A stretch of 64,000 bases of DNA from Octopus vulgaris (Eukaryota). The notes below the pieces were generated by a model that was not told the origin of the DNA, ran no database searches, and was given only the letters and a program-made list of their open reading frames with translations. Positions 54,831 through 64,000 of the stretch are shown here, in pieces (position 1 is the first letter of the stretch; each line of letters opens with the position of its first letter). The position numbers and the translations under genes were made by a program. The stretch is from contig OX597816.1 in NCBI GenBank assembly GCA_951406725.2, forward strand, positions 173,538,001-173,602,000, read 5' to 3'.

Positions 54831-55044
54831 CCTCTTAGCATTCAGATTATTCCATCATATGTAATCCTTATTCATTCACATTATTTTGGATTTATCCTGC
54901 CTTATCTTGTAACTTTAAGATTTCGATGATGTGATTGTTAGGTTTTAGTATAACAATGTAGGGTAGGTGTGAGAAGTCAGATCCGGTCAGTTTGAAACAT
55001 AAAACAAATTTGGGCTGGATATGGCCACTTTAAATACTAAATGG
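54831..55044. mobile_element. piggyBac-type MITE, diverged copy of 29306-29524
   Basis: TTAA flanks, colinear internal sequence. Confidence 0.8.
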
Positions 55045-55998
55045 TTAAAGAAGCAAAACAGCACCAGCTAAACCTTCTGACTGTATGATTAGACTATATT
55101 CCTCACTCATTGATAGCAAAGCATAGTGACTTAAGGTCACTTTGCTAAGGTCTCAACTGATATAATTAATGCCATTAAGTGACTGACAACAGCATAGTCC
55201 ATAGAACTGTCATTAAAAATTGAAGTTACTGCTATAGTTATGAACAGAATTAGACTAGCAACAGAAATATTTCAGGGTGACAGTTTATCTAGCAGTCAAC
55301 CCCTGTTATCAGCCCTGTCAAGGAAATACAAAAGATGCATGACAAGATCTGCATAACTAGCAACTTGTGTATAATTTATGCATTACATTCAAGCATGTTA
55401 TAGTTCTGTAGTTTTTGACCACATGCATCTTCAGGTTTTTAGCTGTTAGTATTGTATGTGTAACTGCCAAACAGTTCAGCAAATCAGTTTCAGTAGTCAC
55501 TGTTCTTATGGACAGGTTAATGAGGGCTAGAGAGGTTCACTGTTGATATAAGAAGAAAAATAAAATTGATGTCACTCTTTTTTATTGATGAGCTTAAGCA
55601 GTACTCTAATAATTTTCATGACACCAAGAGACAGAACTGGTTACAACCTTGCAGGACATAGGAATGAAGTTTGATCAGAACAAGTGTTTATATTTAGCAG
55701 TCAAATGAAGAAATATTGTAACACCAAGCAAGGAATGTAAATAAAGGTCTTGTCTATCTTCCCTGTCACTAATGATGAATATTACAAATACCTCAGTCGG
55801 TGCTAGAATGATAAAGGAATACTACAGCAGACTTCAAAAGGTATGGAAGTCAGGTCAGAGCTGTCTACATATCTCACAATACTTTTACAGTGCCAGAGCT
55901 GGTACCAACATGTGGGGTACTAAATTGGGCACTCAAAGAAATCGTAAACATGAGAATCAAGACTAGGAAGATATTAACCGCTGCTAACTGTTACATCA

Positions 55999-56229
55999 TA
56001 TTTCTTTACTACCCACAAGGGGCTAAACACAGAGGGGACAAACAAGGACAGACAAGTGGATTAAGTCGATTACATCGACCCCCGTGTTTCACAGGTACTT
56101 AATTTATCGACCCCGACAGGATGAAAGGCAAAGTCGACCTCGGCGGAATTTGAACTCAGAATGTAGTGGCAGGCGAAATACCACTAAGCATTTCGCCTGG
56201 CGTGCTAACGTTTCTGCCAGCTCACCGCC
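55999..56229 (-). mobile_element. SINE family D
   Basis: 14-bp target-site duplication taactgttacatca (55985-55998, 56230-56243). Confidence 0.92.
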
Positions 56230-56936
56230 TAACTGTTACATCAACAAAGTCACTGACAGGTTCTATATCAAATGGTGTGATGTAAATAGAGACAACCTTT
56301 GAATGTCATGTTGTATCTCTTAGACACCATCTACTGGACAGTAAAGAGTACATAACTACATTACATGTATGCTCAAAAGTGAAGGACATAACATCATAAA
56401 ACTAGTCAAAGAACTCCTGGACAGGTACTCTAACTGGACCAAGAGCAGTTGAGCTAACCTACTTAAAGAGACTTGAAAAACAGAATGTCATGCATGAGTA
56501 CATAACCTGCAAGCTAGAGAATACCAACAACATTTATAGGAATGGTTGCCTCTACTGGACTTGTGATAAATACATCTTACCTAGAAGGCTACACCTTCAC
56601 CATCCAAGAACAAAAGGCAGCTACTAAATTCTTAATCAACATAGATAGCCATGTTATGACAGAAAGCTTCCATTTTGCCATACCACTGAAGATAGTACCC
56701 ATATCATCAGCAGTTGTCTAAAAATCTCCACAAGATACTACTTTCCCATGAGATACATCATCACTAAAACTGTTTACTATGCTATACACAAAAAAAGTTT
56801 GCCTTGATGGGCATACCAAAAGCACACCAGAACCAAAATTTAACTACACCTCTAAAAACAAAGAATAGGGGCAAAACATTCCAATAAAAGCAGCAACTTA
56901 GTGTAAGCAGAACAAGCTAGAGATTATTATATAGTA

Positions 56937-57451
56937 CTAGCAGTATCGCCCGGCGTTGCTCGGGTTTGTAAGGGAAATAACTATATAAGCATTTTTAGAG
57001 AGTTACTTCCCTTATAGATGCCAATTCGGGCTTTCTTAGCCATTTCTGTTTTGGTGTCTTCAAGCCATGAAGTCGTTGTTCTAAAAGAACGCTGGTCTCC
57101 TTGACAACGCTTTACGACGTTGATTTCCTTACACTCCCTTCCCCACAGCTTCACGAGGGAGGGAAGAAGGGGAAGAAGCAAACAGGTGCAGGTGTTTGAC
57201 CATGGACGCCAACTCCGCCGCCATCGACACACGAAAAATTATGCATTAAAATGGAATAAAAAATTATGTTAAATTATTTTTAAAATCGTAGACTCATCGT
57301 AGATGCGCGCTAATACTCAGACGGGCTCGATATGAATCACGACTATAAGATACCCGAATTTGGTTAAACTGCACCGCAAAATGTGGGAGTAGTTAGGAAT
57401 CTAAATCGAAGGGGACAGACACTCACACAACTACAGTTTTATATATATAGA
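56937..57451 (-). mobile_element. Non-autonomous Helitron with captured internal segment
   Basis: On the minus strand: 5' A|TC, 3' hairpin + CTAG|T; no target-site duplication. Confidence 0.9.
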
Positions 57452-57751
57452 TAGAGTAAAAATCATGCCCTGTTATAGAGATCAGCTGTCTGGCAGATGT
57501 AAATGCCTCATCAAAAACCAGAGAAAAGGAGAACATCTATGGAGGATTAATGAGAAACCTATAGCACTTATATATATATTCAGGTTATAGATTTTCATTT
57601 GTACCTATTACCACAGCTGCACTGGGTTACATAATCACTGATCTGCATAAGAACCTAGAAATGTTAAGGTTCTCCAAAAAAGAACATGGCAGACAGATTT
57701 CACATTCTTCACATATAATCAATTAGGGGTACAGGGAAAATTTATAAACCA

Positions 57752-58151
57752 CTAGCAGTATCGCCCGGCGTTGCTCGGGTTTGTAAGGGAAATAACTATA
57801 TAAGTATTTTTAGAGAGTTATAGCCAAAAAATAGCAAACAAATGCATTAAAAATGGAAAAAAAAATTATGGTAAATTTTTTTTTAAATCATTGACTCATC
57901 AGAGACATTTTTAGAGAGTTACTTCCCTTATATGATAGCGAAAAAAATGCATTAAAATGGAAAAAAATTATGGTAAATTATTTTTTAAATCGTAGACTCA
58001 TCGTAGACGCGTGCTAATACCCAGAAGGGCTCGATATGAATCACGACTATAAGATACCCAGTTTTGGTTACACTGCACCGCAAAATGTGGGAGTAGTTAG
58101 GAATCTAAATCGTAGGAGACAGACACACAACTTCACTTTTATATATAAAGA
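57752..58151 (-). mobile_element. Non-autonomous Helitron
   Basis: 5' A|TC, 3' cccgagcaacgccggg + CTAG|T. Confidence 0.92.
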
Positions 58152-58514
58152 TTTCAAGACTTCCCCATTTGAGGTTCCTAAGTGAACACACAATCACCAA
58201 CCCATATACATATGGATTATACACATACATATATAAATACAAACAGTAACAAAGTACACACTCTTGAGTATTAATGTCACACACACACACACATCAAACA
58301 ATAACAATTAAGCTAACCCCAAACTCTTTACTGGGCTTGTATTTATCTACGCCTTTTTGTTTTTTCTTTGTGACTCAAACAAGAGTCTTGCCATGTTGTC
58401 AGTGACCAGTTTAAATTCTACCTTAATGAAATCACAGACATACACACAAATAAATGCACAATCCAGTTTTGCATCCGTCATTATACCAAAACTAATAACA
58501 AAAAAAAAACACAT

Positions 58515-58945
58515 AGGCGCAGGAGTGGCTGTGTGGTAAGTAGCTTGCTAACCAACCACATGGTTCCGGGTTCAATCCCACTGCGTGGCATTTTGGGCAA
58601 GTGTCTTCTGCTATAGCCCCGGGCCAACCAATGCCTTGTGAGTGGATTTGGTAGATGGAATCTGAAAGAAGCCCGTCGTATATATGTATATATATGTATG
58701 TGTATTATGTGTGTATGTGTTTGTGTGTCTGTGTTTGTCCCCCTAGCATTGCTTGACAACCGATGCTGGTGTGTTTACTTCCCCGTCGCTTAGCAGTTCA
58801 GCAAAAGAGACCGATAGAATAAGTATTGGGCTTACAAAGAATAAGCCCCAGGGTCGATTTGCCCGACTAAAAAGGCGGTGCTCCAGCATGGCCACAGTCA
58901 AATGACTGAAACAAATAAAAAGAGTAAAAAAGAGTAAAAAAAAGA
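58515..58945 (+). mobile_element. SINE family A
   Basis: Matches consensus. Confidence 0.93.
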
Positions 58946-59281
58946 GTTAGTGGATACTGGTGACAGTAGTAATGAAGGTGGTGGTGGTGGTGGTGGTAAT
59001 ACAATGTATAGTGTTAGTGCTGTCAACTGTAGTGGTTGTGGTGTGGCTGATGGTAAATGGTATTGATGGTGGTAGATGTAGGGCTGGTTATGGTGAAGCT
59101 TAAAAAAAAATTCCAATAAGTGATAAAACCCAGAACAATATCTGATTGTAGTGAGTCACCCAGAAAGCAAAGATTACGCATGGAAGTAGTGAAGAAGAAA
59201 CTATAGCAATATGGGGTTGAGGAGCTTAGTTGTATTGTGTATGCTGTATTCTAGTGATGACTAATGACAATCTTTATATAT

Positions 59282-59506
59282 TCTTTTACTCTTTTACTCT
59301 TTTACTTGTTTCAGTCATTTGACTGCGGCCATGCTGGAGCACCGCCTTTAATCGAGCAACTCGACCCCGGGACTTATTCTTTTGTAAGCCCAGTACTTAT
59401 TCTATCGGTCTCTCTTGCCGAACCGCTAAGTAACGGGGACATAAACACACCAGCATCGGTTGTCAAGCAATGCTAGGGGACAAACAGACACACAAACACA
59501 CACACA

Positions 59507-59556
<50 letters not shown>

Positions 59557-59729
59557 CATATATACGACGGGCTTCTTTCAGTTTCCGTCTACGAAATCCA
59601 CTCACAAGGCTTTGGTCGGCCCGAGGTTATAGTAGAAGACACTTGCCCAAGGTGCCATGCAGTGGGACTGAACCCGGAACCATGTGGTTGGTAGACAAGC
59701 TACTTACCACACAGCCACTCCTGCACCTA
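59282..59729 (-). mobile_element. SINE family A
   Basis: Matches consensus. Confidence 0.93.
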
Positions 59730-60084
59730 TGAAATCACAGACATACACACAAATAAATGCATGTGTGTGTTTATGTGTATGTGTGTATGTATGTATGTAT
59801 ATACACACACACACACTATTATTAGCAACACTAAGTTGACCATCATCTCTAAAAATAACTGTCCCATCCACAATATTTTCATGCAGCAGAAAATATTTAA
59901 ATGCCAGGGTTCATATAGCAGAAACTTGTTAATTAAACTTCAAAGTTCAATACAGTTGCAGACTGTCATCGATAATAATGTAATTATGGTAGCAGAAGTG
60001 TATTTTTGTTCTTAGTTTTGATATGATTGTGGATAAAAAACTGGGTTAGCTTCCCATTATGTGTGTTTTTGTGTGTATGTGTGT

Positions 60085-60940
60085 GTGTGTCCAAATTTTG
60101 AATAAAGAAAACAAGTGATCAAATGTTATATTTAATTGAAATTTAATCATCTATGTACTTTCCCTGATTATCTATGACTTCCTTCCATCTATTTACAAGA
60201 TTTTTAATCCCATCAATGTAAAACTCTTGGTTTCAAAGTGAAAAACTCTGAAATGTCAGTTTCGGCCTTCTCCTGGCTTATGAAAGTTACGTCCCCAAAT
60301 GATTCTGTAAACTACGAAACAAATGGTAGTCTAAAGGAGCAAGGTCGGGAGAATATGGTGGATGAGGAATTTTTTCTTCGATCTTCTGTGATGTGATCTT
60401 TGCAGTGTGGGGTTGCACATTGTCCTGATGAAACATCACTCCTTTTTTATTCACTAAAGCAGGTCTTTTTCTTTAATGATTGGTTCAAACGCTCTAATTG
60501 CTGACAGTAGACTTGAGCACTGATTGTTGCATTAGGTGGTAGCAATTCAAAGTGAATTACTCCTTTGCAATCCCACAAGATAGAAAGAAGAACCTTTTTC
60601 CCATGAAGTTCCCTTCTCGGTTGTGGTTGAGCTTTTTCCCTTTTACCAAGCTACTGTTTACAACATTTAACATTTCGATAGAAGATCCATTTTTCATCAC
60701 AAGTCTATCCAAAAAAGGTGAAATGAGTCCACGAGAATAGCGAGAAGAGCAGATGTCAACTCGGGATTTGCAGTTGCTTTTGGACAATTCGTGAGGCACC
60801 CATTTTTCAAGTTTAGGAACCTTTCCAAGTTGTTGAAGATGACGATGATCAGTTGTATGGTTTAAACTAAGCTTTATCATCAATTCTTCAACTGATAATG
60901 CAGGATTTTCTTCAAGTAATGCCTCAAGGAGCTTATCATC
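60085..60940 (-). mobile_element. Decayed mariner transposon
   Basis: LGKVPKLEKWVPHELS, FHQDN, PDLAPLDYHLFRSLQN motifs. Confidence 0.88.
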
Positions 60941-61384
60941 AAACTCAACTGGACATAAGAAGCATCAGATGTGGTCATGTGTTGTGTATAGATGAGGAGA
61001 GCTGTGTGAAGAAGCATCACTCTCTAACAGTGGAAGGAACCCATGGAAGAGGGAATTTTTTTAAATATTATATACATCATCCGATTTTTAAAAACCATTA
61101 TAATATGAACTCATAATTACACTATTTGTTTGTAATGTCCTGTATTGTCCTTTTCTATGCAAGATATTAATTATCATAATAAAGAATCACCTCTCAGGTT
61201 CATCTGATCGACAAGAGTCAACAAAAAGTCACACCTTTTTACGATAAGAGAGAATTTTTCTCCACGGTAAATACAGTGTATTTGCCTTTAGCAGTTGAAA
61301 TGATTTTTTCTTGTGTTTTGGTGATGGTTGTGGGGTTGGCAAAGGGTTTTAACATTGGGGTGATGAGGGGGATTTTTACCTGTG

Positions 61385-61625
61385 TGTCTGTAGTGTGTTT
61401 TGATAAAAAGTCATGGATTAGTAGTGATAAGTGAGCAGCTGCATCGACATGGTAGAACATCCATGCCTTGACCTCTTCCTTCAGACTTCCTCTCTCAAAA
61501 TACCACAGGACATTCACCTAAAACTCATTACTGACCATCTGACCACAAGCAACAAAATCATGATGGACAATGCTCTAAAAGATAATCTTTACATTTGAGT
61601 GACTCTAATGTATTTTCTATTAGTC

Positions 61626-61657
<32 letters not shown>

Positions 61658-61780
61658 GCCCATTGTGATGACAGTATTTTTGTTTTGACATCAAAGCCAT
61701 ACACTCACATTTCATTGTCTGACACTTTGCAGAAAGTTTACCTCAGTTTTCAAAGGAACAAATGACTTTTGACTGACTGA
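61385..61780 (-). mobile_element. Second mariner remnant
   Basis: VYGFDVKTK..SSQW, GQMVSNEF, WMFYHVDAAAHLSLLIHDFLSKH (resembles LHHDNAPAH..LVRDFLAK). Confidence 0.65.
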
Positions 61781-62357
61781 GACTCAGTTCTCTTTTCATT
61801 CAACAATCAACAGATGCAATACAAATGTTGTGGCAATATGAAGCAGCATTGATTTAAAAACCGTACGGCATGAACTGCAAATGTGACAAATGCACAAGAA
61901 TAGCCAGCAACAGGAGCATCCATAAAATAAATTCTTTCAAATGTTTAGAAGACTCCATAGTAACCAATTACTTCTCTAACTTAGGAGACCTAATTAGTAG
62001 CGGAGGGTGGTACCCTTGATGCAGAGTATCCCTAGTAAGAATAGAGTAGATGAAAAACACTTAGGGAGCTATCAACAAAGGGATTCTTTTAGTAAGTAAA
62101 CAGCAGATTATAAGATGCTTATGTATGAAACACAAAGTTGCATGGTAATGAAACATGATCACTGGCTACAGAAGATGTGCAAATGCTGGAAAATATGTGG
62201 TGCTCCAGCATGACTGCAGTCAAATGACTGAAACAAGTAAAAAAATTAAAGAATATATATATGTGTGTGTGTGTGTGTGTAAATATAGATATGAAAAACT
62301 GCTATATATAAAAACATGTCACAAAAATATTCTACCTTTAAGATAGCATGTTAGTGC

Positions 62358-62393
<36 letters not shown>

Positions 62394-63740
62394 GTGTGTG
62401 TGTAATCATGTGAGAGAAAATGTGAGTGTGTGTGTATGTATGTATGTATGTATTCTTATTTGGTGACTATTTTATAGAAATAACACACTCTACATCTTGA
62501 AGTCTTGAGTACTTTATTCTCTTTATATGTAAGCTATGCTGACACAAACACACACACTTGAAAGAAATAAAGAATGAATGAATGCTTGTATATAGTGTAC
62601 ATGTGTATTTATACCAGTATGTGTGTGCTTTTTATATAAAGCTGATATGTGAATGTGTGTATATGTTCCACAATTTATTTACCAATAGATAAAAAGATCT
62701 AGCATATCATTTACTCTAGTTATATCTATGCATGTTTGAATGAGTGTATAGAATTTCCTAACTATGCATTTGTGTTAGTATCACTCTGGATAATTGCATG
62801 TCTAGTCTCTAGCTTTGTATATATGTAAGCATGCATGAGTGTCATTGTATAAAGGTAAAAATGATTTCTGTTATTATACATAAAAAGGATTAATCCTAGT
62901 ACTTAGTAGAAATGATTATAATACACTTATTTTTAATTTTTAATATATCTTTATTGAAATATATGTATGCATGGGTCAATCTCTTCCAATTGTGTCAACA
63001 TTAGATGTGTGTGTGTGTGTGTGTGTGCATATTTCAACACATAATTTCACATCAGGAATCATGCAAAACAAATTCATAAACATGTGTGTGTGTGTGTGTG
63101 TGTGTGCATAGATATATAAGGTTCTGGTAGGGTATAAGGATAGGGTATTTCCAATGAGGCACTCCACCCAAGTGTCGGGCTACAACACAATTAGATTCCG
63201 TATAAATTCCGAAATTCTTCAGGTGTAGAAAATTTGGTTTCACAACAGTAAAATCATTGTGTGGATTTAGTGAAGAGTAAAATATAAGCCAAATAAGACA
63301 AAGAAAGACTTTAACACATCTTTGACAAATAAAGTGTGACAGGCCACGATCGTGGCCATCAGGCACAGGTCAACAGGCCACAATCATGGCCCAAATAGAT
63401 GCATTTAATTTATGGGTGTTTGTTGGGGTCTAATGTCACTTAAATGCTCCGATATCTCCCAGAATGCAAGAGGGCTCATAGTTCAACTAATGACTTTTCA
63501 GATGATGTAAAACTTGCCACCCTTATATACTAAGAAGATATTTTAACCATTTTTTGTTTTTTCTGTGTGCATCGTGGTCTCATTTTCATAAAATGTGCTC
63601 AGCAGTCCATGCTATGTAAGTGCAAATCCCAGTGTTTTATGGGTTAATGATCAGTTACAATTGTTTCTGTACCAATTCTGCTTGCAATGCCATTTTACAC
63701 ACAAGTTTCGAGTGAAAATGTATGCAATATTTACCACAAA

Positions 63741-64000
63741 TCTCTATATATAAAAGAGAGGTTGTGTGCTGTCTGTCTCCTACGATTTAGATTCCTAACT
63801 ACTCCCACATTTTGCGGTGCAGTTTAACCAAAACCGGGTATCTTATATTCGTGATTCATATTGAGCCCTTCTGGGTATTAGCGCATGTCTACAATGAGTC
63901 TACGATTAAAAAAAAAATTTACCATCATTATTTCACATTTTTAATGCATTTTTGGCATATATAAGGGAAGTAACTCTATGCATTATTAAATCTCAGAACG
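63741..64000 (+). mobile_element. Non-autonomous Helitron 5' part, running off the window
   Basis: A|TCTCTATATATAAAAG start; matches the reverse complement of 57752-58151. Confidence 0.9.

Larger units (their letters stand above)
52850..57750 (+). mobile_element. Long decayed R4/Dong-like LINE with nested SINEs, a MITE and Helitrons
   Basis: KNYRTITCLN, KQAGGKKG, IFQGDSLS, FIDELK, YKYL and C-terminal PITTAALGYI-like motifs. Confidence 0.75.

Noticed and set aside
58317-58422. Possible minus-strand exon
   Set aside because: Weak splice sites and ambiguous frame; no phase-linked partner identified

Overview
Eukaryotic, AT-rich, repeat-saturated DNA. The SINE families and microsatellite load are typical of Octopus/cephalopod genomes; this is inferred from family recognition, not from a database search. 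Nearly all long ORFs in the track are microsatellite or repeat artefacts. Contents: (1) at least two in-frame exons of a minus-strand host gene with a coiled-coil-like segment (16355-16225, 10956-10874, possibly ending at 5219-5210); (2) three tRNA-derived SINE families (about 14, 4 and 3+ copies); (3) many RTE-clade LINE fragments whose 3' UTRs carry arrays of ~64-67 bp structured repeats; (4) decayed R4/Dong-like LINEs, one L1/Tx1-like LINE, mariner remnants, TTAA/piggyBac-type MITEs and four non-autonomous Helitrons; (5) a Penelope-like remnant (GIY-YIG) bracketed by inverted pseudo-LTRs, each carrying a recognisable hammerhead ribozyme. The most notable structures are the paired hammerheads at 38.5-40.6 kb, a nested triple inverted-repeat cassette in (TA)n DNA at 19.7-21.6 kb with hammerhead half-motifs, putative pseudoknot arrays in RTE 3' UTRs, and a Helitron fusion with two 3' ends.
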